NCBI GenBank assembly: GCA_050084985.1
Contig: JBITNC010000002.1
Span: forward strand, 29,140,001 to 29,204,000
Length of the DNA stretch: 64,000 nucleotides
Origin: Nageia nagi
Lineage: Eukaryota > Plantae > Pinophyta
Reading direction: 5' to 3'
Below the pieces are notes generated by a model. That model saw only the letters and a list, made by a program, of their open reading frames with translations, was not told the origin of the DNA and ran no database searches. Positions 50,690 to 64,000 of the stretch are shown piece after piece. The position numbers and the translations under genes are program-made. The stretch's first letter is position 1; each line of letters begins with the position of its first letter.

Positions 50690-52513
50690 GTGTATAATAA
50701 CAAGTGATATATGAAATATCCATACGTGTGCAATCAACAAGTGCAACAAATCTTTTAAAAGATGATAAAAATTCCCAAGAATGCATACTTCACTCCCCCT
50801 TAAGGAAAACTTTACCATCCTAAGGGACTTCACTTCCCTTTAAGGATAACTTTATCATCCTAAGGGACTTCCTTAGATTTAAAAGTTGATCTTTGGGAAG
50901 TGAAAATATTAATGGAAGAGATTGTTCAATGCATGTCTTGTGCACTTTGAACACAACCTATTTTATCAAAAATAATTGATGTACAATATTGCAAATGCAA
51001 GATCCCATCAAATATTTTTCCCTAATAAAATATGCTTCAATCTTAATATGCTTTTGTTATGAAGTTGACATCATAACCATTCTCCCCCTTAAGGTTAACT
51101 TTATAAACAAAAGCATGAATATAGTCAAGATCACTTAATCTTACTTGCTTGTCTTAATGTAATCAAGTAATAGTATGAAAATATATCATATATAAGTAAG
51201 CACACACATGCATACTGAACAAAATCAGAAATCTCATTTGCTTTACCATTGGGTGTCCATACATGCAATCCAATTCAACACCCATCAAGTAGATTTTAGT
51301 CACATGCATATGTTTTTTCTTTATTTATGATAGATATGGGAAGAATCATTACCAATACATATTTCTTAAGCATGAAAAATATTTACCAATAAGACCATGT
51401 ACACCTCACTATGTTTTCGCCTCATAGGAAACAAGAGGAACTAGAGGGCTTACACAAGTACTGGTATCTAGCCTAATAGATTCTAATTTCTTATTTAGCT
51501 CACTTATTTGTTCAAGAAATTTTTCTTTCTTAGCTATTATCCCATTTTGCTCATCCATGAGCAATTTGAGTGTTTGTTCGCACATCACCCTCTTACTCTT
51601 AAACGTATCACATTATATTCTCATAGCATTTAATTGCTCATGTAAAATCTTATTATCATGTTCCAAAAATGAAGCATTGATCACGACACCTGATGATGAT
51701 CCTTTCCTACCATTGGCTATAGTGGCTTTGTACTTCAATATTATTATGTATATCTCCTCTTGCATTCCGTTCATTCGGGGATAACCTTAAGCGTGCTAGA
51801 AACCAGTTCTCCATGATTATTATCATATCATTCAATACAAATGTAGGCCTCTACTCAATGGTCCAAGTTCAGATGCTCAATTAAGCACCACTAATTTATG
51901 TGGAAAATATCCCCAAACACTTTCAACTTGATCCATATTATCTTGCATGGTTAATTCGTACAATGAATCACTACTCTATTGTTTGGCAATAATAATTTAA
52001 TGGCTCATATGGGGTATGATTAATGAGCCTTAAAACCAATTTATCCCTTTAAATTTGTATTGTTTGGTTAGTTTGTGATTTCTTAAGAGTATCTAGTTAT
52101 GGATTCCTTATCAACATTAGGGCCATTTGATCTTAGCGGATGATCATGTTTATTTGATTATCTTGGTGTAGAGGCTCTTCTAGAAGAAACATATCGCATT
52201 TGAAGTATGGGAGGCTTCCTATATTTAGATGGACCTATCTCGAAATACCAATTTTGGGAGTAATACAATGATGAATGTCATTTCTCCATTGGTGTCATCA
52301 TTTGTAGTAAATCAAGTTGAATTACCTATTAATATCAATTTTTACAATCTACCACCTTCTTGTAAGCATCCTTATAGTCATCAGAATGGTGGTAGCTTCT
52401 GTAATTTGCCTCCTCCATGTAAAAGACCCCATGATTGTGAAAATTATAAACCAATTTAGGATATCCTATATAGAAGATCCTTTTTGTGATCAACTTTATA
52501 TTTATTGTCAATT
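50690..52513 (-). mobile_element. 3' internal region of a minus-strand copia-type element: multiple PPT-like motifs, RNase H tail fragment, coiled-coil ORF remnant
   Basis: CACTCCCCCTTAAGG-like motifs at ~50791, ~50831 (40-bp tandem) and ~51081; rc TKHIKIEAYFIR RNase H motif at ~51020-51057; broken ORF ...HDNKILHEQLNAMR...KEKFLEQISELNKKLESIR at ~51465-51765. Confidence 0.55.
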
Positions 52514-55500
52514 TGTTGGAATGTATAATGCATTATTGTAAAGATTTTGTAATAATCTTCTCTGTAAATTCACTAATACTTAAGGGTATCATTTGATACC
52601 TTAAGTATTTAAGTGAATAAGATAATGTAACTTGTCCTACACTCCATGTCATGAGCATGCCCCTTGGGTAAAAGGATGTGCATGTCATGCTTTTGTACAT
52701 TGGGTAAAAGGGTGATCCAAAGAGAAATTTTGGCCTATAAATAGAAGGCTCCCTCTTTGGATCATACACCAATTTGTGGAGTAAAGTTATGCTATAGGAT
52801 AGTGTTTAGGAGATGAGATTAGGAGAATTGTAAGAGACTCATGTTTATGAATGAAGTAAGATCTAGTTAGTGGATGTACTCCTAGTTGGAGGAACCACTA
52901 TACATCATGAGTTATCTTTGTAAGATTATCTTATTTAGGTTACTTAGATGTGAGTTTGAGCTTTCATGAGATCTTGGTAGTTTAGAGTTGTTTATGTTAT
53001 ATTTCAACACCTTCGTTTGTATCAGAGCTCCTTGGAGGCTTATCTTCACACCCTTGGTGTGGAGCTCTTCTTCTTGGTGTTCATCTCTTCATTTCATTGT
53101 TGAGGTAAAATTCAAGATAAGGTATAATTTTTTTTTTTGAAGATTATTTTTTGTAATACTAACACATGCTAGTTCTTTTTTTTTGTAATTTTTTTTCATA
53201 TATAGTAATATAATGCACTTGTGGTTTATACTAACATTCCTTATGTTAGTTACAACTTTTGTTTGCAAAAATGTTCTACATATATTGCTATAATGGCTAA
53301 CAAAATTGCAATAAGATATAATTTTTGTAGCTTACCATCTTTTTACTTGCAATTTTTTTTACAAATTGCTTATTAAGATTGCTACAATTTTTTGTTAAAT
53401 TGAAATGTTTTCTTTTAATATATATACAACACTTTATTACAAAGATGTATATAATTCTTTACCTTTTTTTTCCTACTCTAAATAAAAGAAGGATGGGCTT
53501 TAAACACTTGATGATAGAATTTTTTTATATATAAACCTTTTTTTGGTAAGAAATTACAATGTTTATAGTTGAAATATAATTTTACAAAAATTACATTATT
53601 TTCCCATAAACTCATAATCATATTAAAAAAAAAAAAAAAACTTTTTTGGCAACCCTTTGTGACTGTTGCAATGTTCAGAGGGAAAAGAGAATAATCGAGT
53701 TGGCATACTTTATGCCCTCGCACGCCTTTAAGCCCCTCATGTACCTTTTTTTCCCTTTTATCTTTTGCCACAACACTCGTAACTTTCCCATCATTTAGGG
53801 CAACAAAGGAGGGGGGTTCATTGCCAGTTGGGTGTCTCCCTTGTAGCTCCCACTCCTCTATCAATGCCTCTCACTTCGTGGCTACTCCACCATGCCTCCT
53901 ATCTTCGTTGTGACCTTTGCGGCACCTCCTGCTTGCTCTCCTTGTTAGTGACCTCCACCAACCATTCTTTGCCTTCTTTGAACTAGTGTGTTAGGGTGGT
54001 CTCTAGATCTTTCCCTCAAGGTGGCATGTATTGGGTGGCATTTTATGGATTGGATCCTTTTCTTACTATCCTCCTCATGTCTATTCTTTGGTGGTGGCTT
54101 GGTGGTGGCCTGGTGGCATTTCTTTATACTTTGGCCCTCTTCCCTCTCGTCTTGTGCCACCCTCCTTTCTCCCTTATCGCTTGCAACCTTTCCATGGGCT
54201 CCTTTTGTTCAACACGTGTCTTGCTTAATAAAATAATTCAACCTTCTCTAAGGCTTTTTTTTTGCCTTTTTTTTTACAAGCAACTTCCTTCTTCTCATTA
54301 TGACTTGCTATGCATGGAGTAAAAATGAAAGAAAATCATTAAATTGGGTTGTTGAATTTAATTCATTTGGGTTGAATGTAGGCTTAATATGTCATATTAA
54401 ATGCATAAAGTGGAGTGTAGATTTCTCCCTTCATTTATTTTTGTGGTTAAGTAATGATGACTTATTTATGTTGTCTACTTGAAGAATCATTAATTAGTAT
54501 GATAATTTTTTTTAAGATAAACATGATTTTTTTTCTAAGGTATCTTTTTTTACCTAAGTATCTTTTGATATTTTCATGTTGCCTACAAGTTTTTAAGTAA
54601 ACAAAAGGGAGGGAATACTACTTTAATTAAGGAAAAATAGAGCATATTCACTTTAAATTAGAATGGAGGTCTACTTAGAATTTTTTTTAGCATGCAAAAT
54701 ACTTTTAAATGATAAAGTTAAGCTAAGTATGCTATCTTAAGGAGTACAAATTTAAGTAAAAAGGGGGAATTTGTATGAATTTTTTTACTTAAAGTTTAAT
54801 GCATGTTGCTTATATAATTTTTAAGTTAATAATGCATGTTTTAGAACTTAAATTTTTATAATGCATGCTTATGATTAGTACTTATGCTTAGTACTTAAAC
54901 TTTTAAAATGATGCATGCTTATTCTTAGTGCTTAAATTCTTTTAAGTTAATAATGCATTGTTAGGGCTTAATTTAAATGCTTAGGACTTAGATTTTTTAA
55001 ATCAATGATGCATGCTTATTATTTAAAAATTTACGATGCAATTTACTTCCTTATGCAAAATGGACTTATGCAAAATTAAGAATGATGTAAAGATGTCCTT
55101 TAGGGGTTGGCAAACAAAACCCATTGGACATTTAGATTTCAAATCTTGAATGGATGATATTTTTGCTTATACTTTTTTACTTCATATTTCACATATTGAT
55201 TTATTTGCTTATGCAAATAAAAATGCAAACATTGAAATCAGCAACCCCTAAAATAAACAAATCGGTATGTACATTCCACAACATGACTTGTTTGGGGAGC
55301 CATGAGGTGAGGACAGGCAGACTGGAGCCTTTAAGTCTAACGATCTAAATAGTGAAAAATTCATACTTCTCAATTGCCCTTAAATCCTATATTGGTTTGG
55401 ACATAACTCCAATAGGTGGACAAGCATATGTGTAGTGATACCACATGTACACATATCCATTCAGGGATTATCTTGATAACCTAAGAGGATAACTTGAAAC

Positions 55501-58500
55501 CTAATCAAGATTAATAATTTGATCAATACAATAAACGTTATAACCTTAGAAAATAGTAAGTACTTCTTGTGAGAAAATATAATACTAACCAAGGTGAACT
55601 GGTTGAGGATTGGTAGTACTTGGGCTCCTCTTGTGTGGGCATCTAGGTGAAGGCCTAATTTTATACAAAAAAAATAAGCTTCAATAATGTCACTCTATAT
55701 CTACAGTTCTTAAGATGAGAAATGTATTTGGGTACATGGATTATTATTTGAGTTGTATATTTAGTTAATTAAATGTAACATGTATTACTTATTTTGTTAA
55801 AACTTAACATATAATGTTATTTTTTGAACCACATGTTTATTATTTTTTCACATTCTTATGTAGCAAATGGAAGACTCTTTTTTATCCAAACATATTCTTG
55901 ACTATTCCAACTTTGGTATTTGGGAACCTCGAATGAGAGTTGAATTGCAAGCAAAGAAGCTTTTGTAAATAGTGAATGAGAACCTTGTATCTCCTACATA
56001 TGAGAAGGCACTAGAAGCTTATAACATGAGGAATGAGTTAGCAACCTCCATGATCTTCTGTGCAATTTTAGATGATGTGCTTCTGATAATTTTCTCTTCA
56101 ACTTTGGTAAAAGAACTTTGGGATAAGCTTAAACAAATCTACTTTGGTTCAAAGTTTTCAAAAAAGTTTACCATTATCCAAAAATTACTTCAATCTCATC
56201 AAGGGGAAGATGAAAATGTAGCTATCTATTTAAATAAAATCATTGACCTTAAGATCCAACTTATTGCTTATGGGTGTAATTGGATCAATGATGAGTTCAT
56301 GGTCTTTATCATTTTTTAAAGTCTTTTTTCAAAATTTGGTAACTTTGTGATATTTATGGAAATAAGGTTTGATGATGAAGAAGTCTTCTCCCTTGAGAAT
56401 CTTTCTAGGCTCCTTTTGAAGCATGTGAAAATCTTTAATAAAAAGGTGTTGATTTCTTCTCCTAAGGATAATAGCGTTACTCTTGGAGCAACCAAAATTC
56501 CTTTAAAAAAAAAGTTCAACCATTAAAAGAAATCTTATCCTTCTTCTTCTAAAAGGTTTGAAATAAAAAGAAATGGAAACAACAATGGTAATAACAATAG
56601 CAGCAGAAATAATGAAAATAACAACCACTTCAAGCAAAGCAAACAATCCAAATCGTAAGATAAAATTTGATGGAAATTGTAACTATTATGGCATCCAAGG
56701 TCACAAAGAAGTTGATTGCTACAAAAAGAAACTGGAAAAGAACAAAAGCAATGGAAATGTAAAGAATTTCAAAAGAAAGAAGAATATTCAAGCTGGTTCT
56801 GCTGCGATGCTCTACTCTATGTCTCACACTTTTTCGTCTAATTAGATTGTTGATTTTGGTTACACTAATCACCTATGCTTTGAAAAAGATAAGTTTAAAA
56901 ACTTTTATAAATATAAGAAAGATGCAATTGTGATAGGTGATAACTCTATCTTTGAAGTCCAAGAAATTGAGTGTCTTGATTCATAGGAAGGTTCTTGAAA
57001 ATGTGCTTTATATTCCTAAGCTAAGGATGAACCTTCTCTCTGTGATCCAAGTTGCAAGAAAAGGGTGCTCTTTTGAGTTTGACTCTCAATCCGGATGCAT
57101 TAGAAAAGGACTTACCACATTGGTTAAAGGGTCAGTGAAAGATGATCTCTACATTATGGATTAAGTTCTATGAAAGATGTGTTTTGCTACAAGTGTGTGT
57201 TTTAGAGGTAGTATTTGGCACCATCATTTAGGGTACCTTAACAATAAGAGTATTCAAGTCATGAAACACTAAGAACTTGTAAAAGGTTTACATTTTATTT
57301 TGCTTTCAATTGGTCTATGTGAGAAGTGCATCCTTGATAAGATGAATAGATAAAAGTTTGAAAAGGATAAGGTAATAAGAGCATCTCAACCTCTTCAACA
57401 TATGCATTAAGATTTGATAGGTCCATTTCAAACTAAGTCCCTTAGAAGAGCATCTTACGTCTTGACCTTCATCGATGACTTCAGTAGGATTACTTTTGGC
57501 TATCTACTTGAGCATAAGGATCAAACATTTAAGAGTTTTAAGAATTTTAAAACCTTAGTTAAAAATCAAACTAACCTTAAAATTAAGATGTTGAGATCAA
57601 ATAATGAAGGAGAATATAATAGCAATGAGTTCAATGAATTTTATGCAAAGTATGGAATCAAAAGGCAATTTATGATTTCTTACACTCCTTAATAGAACGA
57701 TGTTATCGAAAGAAAAAAGAAGATAATTATAGAAATGGCTAGATGCATGTTGGGTAATCTTTTTAGTTTCTTTTGAGGTGAAGCTATGAGCATTGCTATT
57801 TACACCTTGAATAGGTGTCCCATAAAAATCGCTCAGGGTAAAACTCCTTTTAAGATGTGATCATAAAGAAAATCTAACATTTCTCACCTTAGGGTGTTTG
57901 GTTGTGAAGCATTTTCTTATATTATTTTTGAGAAAAAGAAGTTGAATAAAAAAGCTAAAAATGCATCTTTATGGGTTATGATAGTCACAATAGAGGTTAC
58001 AAGCTCTACTCTCCATCCTACAAAGCAATGTTCGTTGAATTTCTTGAATAATTTATTTCTAATGAGGATGTGAATGATCCAGAGAACTCTTTAGTAGCAC
58101 CTAGCTGGTTGGATATTGATGTAGACAAGTCATCTTAAGACTAAAATTCTCCAACATAAAGGGTAATAAGGAGCATGACCTTGAACAAATCTTTATTTGC
58201 CAAGATTGACAACAAGCATGAGCCCTCAACCTTCAAAGAAGCTTCTAAGCACAAGTGATGGATGGAAGCCATGAAAGTGAAGTATGAGGCATTTATGAAA
58301 AATAAAACTTAGGATTTGGTTCTTTATCTCAGTGAGAATAATGTGATTAATAATAAATGGATCTACAAGATCAAGTTCAATTCTGTTGGGGATATTAAAA
58401 AATACAAGGCAAGGTTAGTAGCCAAAGGTTTTGCTTAGAAATACGATGTAGATTATGAAGAAACCTTTGCTCCTGTAGTAAAGATACCTAATGTGAGAAT

Positions 58501-60965
58501 TATTATTGCTCTTTCTGCAACTCAAATATGGAATGTTTTTCAACTTGATGTTAAGAGTGCATTTCTCAATGGTGACTTAGATATGGAAATCTTCATGAAT
58601 CAACTAGAAGGGTTTATTGTGAAAGGTAAAGAGTCGTTTATGTGCAAGTTAAAGAAGCCATCGTATGGACTTAAGCAAGCACCTAGAGCCTAGTATAGAA
58701 AGATTTCATAGTACTTTTTAGACATTAATTTCTCCAAGTATTTTTCTGACTCCAATCTATATGTGCTCAATCAAAAAAAAATTTGGTCTTGATTCTCTTT
58801 TATGTGGATGATCTTCTGATAACTGAAAATAATGATGAAATTATTCAAGAGTGGATATCTAAACTTAAGGTAACATTTCAAATGATTGATCTTGATCTCT
58901 TGCATTATTATCTTAGAATGTAAGTGTATCAATACAAAGAATGTACTTATCTCAATCAATCTAAATATAAATCATACATCTTGTAGAAGTTTAGAATGGA
59001 GAAGTGTAGATATGCTATGATCCCAATCTCTCTTGGAATTATTATTTCTTTGAGTTCCAACTCTTAGTTAGCTGATGTTATAGCTTATAGGTAATTAATT
59101 GGTAGTCTTCTATATTTGACTATATCCGAACTAGAAATTACCTTTGTAGTGAATCTAATAGCACGATTCATACAAAAACCATATGTTAAGCACCTCAATG
59201 CTATTAAGCAAATCTTGAGCTATGTTGCAAGGATGAAAGATCTTACTCTCAAGTATTCTAAGTTGCCTTCCTTTTTTCCCTTAGGGTTCTCAAATTCTGA
59301 TTATGGAGGAGATAGAGATGATAGAAAATCAACCTCTACGTATATTTTTAGCATTGGTTCAAGTGCTATCTCTTGGGCTTTCAAGCAATAGCCTACTATT
59401 CTCTTTCCACCATAGAAGCCAAAAATCGATCCATGTCTGTTATAATCTAAAAAGTTATTTGGTTAAGGCATTTTCTGAAAGAAATTGGATATGAGCAACC
59501 TAGCCCATCTTTGATTTCTTCAGATAATTAGTTGGCTATTTTTTGGATAAAAATCTTGTGTTCCATCAGAGAACAAAACATGTGAAAATCTAAGCACATT
59601 TTATCAAGGAGAAAGTTCCTGATGGCATCATACACCTAGAGTATTGTCCATCCACCTTGAACTATGGTAATTTATTCACCAAACCCCTCTTCGAAGCTTA
59701 GTTCTATAAACTTAGGGATGCTATCGGGTTGGTGAAGTTACCCTCAAAGGAGAGTAAAGTTTGAATTCTTATGTTGAATTCATATTTGTGATAACAACTT
59801 CATCTTTAGAAGGATTTTGTGTTGTATAGTGTTGATTTTGTTATACACCTTCATGATAAATTCACTCTGCATGAGGAACTTGTATAAAGTTTTAGAGCAA
59901 AAAGATTAGTCAATCTAGCACTGTTTAGTTATCCATGTGTGAGGAACTCATGTGTTTTTTGGTATAGTTCAATTATCCATATGTGAGAAACTCGTATGTG
60001 CATGCTCTATTTTGTAATGATAATCAACACATATTTTATATACAACAGGTGACTATGAGTTTTGTGGCTTGGCATCTTTGTGATGACTTATAGTGCACCA
60101 TTGATCACTTTATGATGGCATTTATTTGATTCATCTATTCTTGTTGATATGAATATGTTACATTTAACTAATCTTATTATTTGAGTTGCTTATGATCTAC
60201 AAGTTCCTTTGAGATTGTAGGTTACTTTCAATATGCAGGTTTTTGGAGACTCTTCATAACTTCCAATTGGATGACTGCTTCATGTACATTGAAACTAGTT
60301 ATGGTTAATGATTGTATTTGGCAAAGTAGTGACTCTCAAACTAGATCTTTCTTACTTCATAAATATGTAAAAAGTTCTCATCTTCATTGTATCTATTTGG
60401 AGGAGAACTCTTTTACTTTCTCTTTCTTCTCTCTTATACACTTTATCCCAATATTGCATTAAGGGGGAGTGTTGGAATGTATAACGCATTATTGTAAAGG
60501 TTTTGTAATAATCTTCTATGTAAGTTCACTAATACTTAAAGGAATCATTTGATACCTTAAGTATTTAAGTGAATATGATAATGTAACTTATCCTACACTC
60601 CATGTCATGAGCATGGCCCTTGGGTAAAATGATGAGCATGTCATGCTTTTGTACATTGGATTAAAAGGTGATTCAAAAAGGGATTTTGGCCTATAAATAA
60701 AAGGCTCCTTTTTTGTGATCACACACCTAATTGTAAAGTTATGCTATAGGATAGTGTTTAGGAGAAAAGTTTAAAAGGATTGTAAGAGATTCATGTTTGT
60801 GAATGAAGTGAGATCTAGTTAGTGGATGTACTCCTAGTTGGAGGAACCACTTACAACTTGTGTTATCTTTGTAAGATTGCTTTGTTAGTTTGTTAGATGT
60901 GTATTGGAAGCTTTCATGTAATCTTGAAAGTTTAGAGTTGTTCATGTTATAGTTCAATTCTCTCA
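52514..60965 (+). mobile_element. Full-length, pseudogenised Ty1/copia LTR retrotransposon
   Basis: LTRs 52514-53015 and 60470-60965 (start TGTTGGAATG); PBS TTGTATCAGAGC at 53017-53028; PPT AAGGGGGAG at 60461-60469; gag-protease-integrase-RT-RNase H order inside. Confidence 0.93.
55867..59760 (+). pseudogene. Copia gag-pol polyprotein pseudogene
   Basis: Gag with zinc knuckle CNYYGIQGHKEVDCY; protease IVDFGYTNHL; ENVLYIPKLRMNLLSV; integrase DLIGPFQTKS..YVLTFIDDFSR..IKMLRSNNEGEY; RT QLDVKSAFLNG, YGLKQAPRA, YVDDLL; RNase H SDYGGDRDDRKSTS; numerous stops and frameshifts. Confidence 0.92.
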
Positions 60966-62050
60966 CTCGTTAAGTATTCTACTCATGTTATTATATATCT
61001 TGCTCCAATACATTGTCCTAATGGTGAAATCAATCCAATAAAATCAATGGCCCATTTTTGAAATGGTAATATAGGTAACATTAGTTCCAAAGGTGGTTCA
61101 TCTCTAATCAAAGGTCGCCCAAGTTATTAACGTACATTTCAACTCTTAGCAAATTTGTGAGTGCCTTGATGAAGGACACCAAAGCCCATATTGCAATATC
61201 TTTTTGTTTGTTAGATCACCATTAAATTGTCCTCTAACCACATCTTCATGTGTTTCTCTTAAGATATCCTAATGTGTTTCAAAATAACTTGTCTAATTAC
61301 TTCATCCATTTCTATCTTGTATAATTAACCAAAAATGATGGTGTAAGGCATTACTAATGTCCTTTGTTCCTTTAGTGATAATCCCTCAAGGAATTGTCCT
61401 ATTGTTAAAAATATCGTAATATCTTGTAAATCATCATGAGCAACTTCAATTTGAAATAAATGAGCCCCTGAAAGATCATCATCGATTTTAGATATTTCAC
61501 CAATTTCTATTTAAGATAGCATATCTAAAATGTTATTTAAATTTCTTGGTTTGATGATAATCTTGAATTAAAATTCCTCAAATAGAAGTAGCCAATGACA
61601 AATTCATCCTTAGTTCACTAGTTTGTTCAAAGGGTATCTTAAAGCTTCATGATTTGCAAGGAAAGTAAAGGTGGGTGCTAGGAGGTAGTGGTAAAACTTT
61701 TGTAGAGCATAAACCATTACTAGTGTTTGGTTATTGTATAGTTTTTTCAATAATCACCATCTTAATACAAGTAAAGTATATACAATGATCAATATTTCCA
61801 TTGCTAAATTGTGCTAGTATGGTGTCGATGGTGATAAAACTAACATTTATGTGAACATGAAATTCTTTAGTCCAATCAGGTAAGATTAGTATTGGGTCTC
61901 AAATAACTTTAAATTTAATAATTCAAAATTTATCTAGCATTTTTTTTGTCAAAGGTAAATTTATATTAACAGTGGTTTTTTGGATAAGTGCCAAAAACTT
62001 GTCTTATAAAAATTCATCATGATATATCATTAAGTATGTGATAATCAACA
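60966..62050 (-). mobile_element. Ty3/gypsy RNase H-integrase remnant
   Basis: rc PILILPDWTKEFHVH, MVYALQKFYHYLL, ICHWLLLFEEF, IDDDLSGAHLFQIE, and integrase FQKWAIDFIGLISPLG...ARYIIT*VEYLT, which ends at the copia 3' LTR. Confidence 0.85.
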
Positions 62051-62779
62051 TTAGCCTACATCTCACTTCCACACTCAGAAGGAGTATCCATCCATCTATG
62101 AGAACCAAACAAATAGTATAGATCAGTAACATAAGCAAAACTATCCATCTCTAGGTTCTATCTTTCCTTGGTCGTAGTATTCTTGATCTTGTCCAAGAAA
62201 TCCCACCTAGTCTTGATTATGTTTTCTTGTAGATCAGGCTTATTAACTAGCGAGATAACCTCCAAAAGCCTCTTGATGGTTGTTCTCATTATGTGCAGCT
62301 TCCTCAATCTTTCTCTTGGCTCATGATCGTCATCATAAAGGCATCTAATAGTTTGGAGTACTGCATGAGGCCATTAGAAATTTGCAACAAAGAAACCAGC
62401 CTGTGGGGGTAGAAAGTAACTAAACTTTCTTTTTTTTCCACTCCCTGCTTCTCTTCATGTTGGTCCTCTGAATCAGATAGGATTGTGTTATTAAGATGAT
62501 TCCTTCGATGGAGTTGTGCCTCACTTTCAACCTCACCTAAGGAGGCTAGGACCTCCACCACATCCCCAATTGAATCCTTTGAATCAGAGGAAAGGATAAC
62601 TGTAGCAAGGGGTATAGAGGGCGAAAAAGGGGGCAGGTGGCTTGAAAAAGGAGCTGCTTGAGCCGAGTAAGAAGTAATCGCTTGAGGAGGTGATGGGGAA
62701 GGTGGGGGTGGAGGAGAAGGAAAGGGTGGTAGTGGTTTATGAGGATGTTTGATATTTTTGGAATTTCAATACAAAAAGC

Positions 62780-64000
62780 TTATGATGAAGGGGGAGTGCT
62801 CATCAAAAGGCACTCAATATGTTTTTGCAGGAAGCAAATTTGATAGGGGACAACCCACATACAGAGTGGAATGATCCGAAAATGGATGCATTAAAATGTG
62901 AAAAATAAAACTCCTCTTTTATATATTTATGTGTTCTATAATAAAGTCCTCTTCTCCACGATTCCAACACTTCAAATGGCAAAAAAAACAAAAGCTATGG
63001 TTTGTAAGTTATGGCTTTTCAAAATTTGAAGTTAAATGTAAAAAAAATGCAAAATATGCATGGAAAGCTCTATTGGCAGACTCATCGAGAGTAGTCCGAG
63101 TCCGAGTTAACTCAACTTAAAATTTGTATCATCGATACCTTGTATTATGGTAAACTTTTAAGGCATTTGGATTAAACATGTGAGAGTTATGCTACTAGCA
63201 CAATGGTAAATTCTCATTTTGTGTTTATAATTTTGACACCTATCAGGTGCAAATCTACGTTGGAGACCAAATTGATGACAATGTTGGGAGCGACCTGTAA
63301 GGAGTTAAGGCATGAAATTTGGACCAATTAAGCCATATATATCCAAAAACATTTAGGTCATGAAGTTGTAGTCGTGAAAAAATAGCACTAGAAGCAATTT
63401 TGATAGTTTTGGAAAATCCAAAAAAATAGGAGAATATAACCATATAAGGCTAAAACAAAGGAGATTGATGATACAAGAATACAAATAGAGGAGAATTATT
63501 GTTAATGAGGATAGAGAGCATATTTGTAAAGGGGAAAAATACCAAGTTTGGTATTATTTTATGTAACCACTCTTAATTCATTTTTAAGCTCCTTACTGTT
63601 ATAAAAGAAGGCATAGGGAGAGAGGAAGGGTTAGAGAATTCAAGGAGAGAATTCCGAGAGAAAGCTTTGTGAAATTTTTTGTGAGCCAATTTCTTTTGAA
63701 GAAATTGGGAGAGATGTTATTCTAGTGAAAGCATAAGCAAATAATTATTAAAAAATTCCATGCAAACATAGCATGAGAGTTATTGAGAGACTAATGAGAT
63801 TAATGTGGCATTAGAAGGTAAAATCTGTTTGGATATTGGAGGCCTCGAGACCATGTAGTTGTACTCACTTTTCATCATAGTTCAGACGTGTTGGATGTAG
63901 CCCACATTGGGTGAACTAGGGTATCTCGATGTCACAAATTGTGGTGAATGATTTCTCTCTTTTATTTAATTTGGTAATTATTTTTTGTTTTATAATTGCT
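62780..64000 (+). mobile_element. Probable LTR (runs off the window end)
   Basis: PPT-like AAGGGGGAG at ~62788; TATAAAAG at ~63600 followed by a purine-rich stretch; U5-type motif TGGATGTAGCCCACATTGGGTGAAC at ~63892. Confidence 0.55.

Overview
AT-rich plant nuclear DNA. The gene architecture and TE families look like a gymnosperm-type large genome; the taxon is inferred and not provable here. Positions 1-34602 (+) hold the 3' part of the cohesin-loader gene SCC2/Nipped-B-like: 18 exons in the window, all with GT-AG introns, encoding about 1068 aa of HEAT-repeat and Nipped-B C-terminal sequence. Two introns are expanded by TEs (4282-13173 and 16323-34293). Exon 13174-13334 is one base short, giving an apparent frameshift in an essential gene. 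The long introns contain five non-autonomous hAT elements, one of which carries a decayed PLS-class PPR gene fragment (Pack-hAT). They also contain a Mutator-like element with GC-richer cargo, a solo LTR with an intact TSD, Ty3/gypsy remnants, a non-coding LTR element and an RTE-like LINE remnant. Downstream (about 35.5-64 kb) is a nested stack of decayed L1 LINEs, a non-autonomous LTR element, a full-length but pseudogenised and probably chimeric Ty1/copia element (52514-60965), and gypsy remnants. No RNA genes or CRISPR arrays were recognised.
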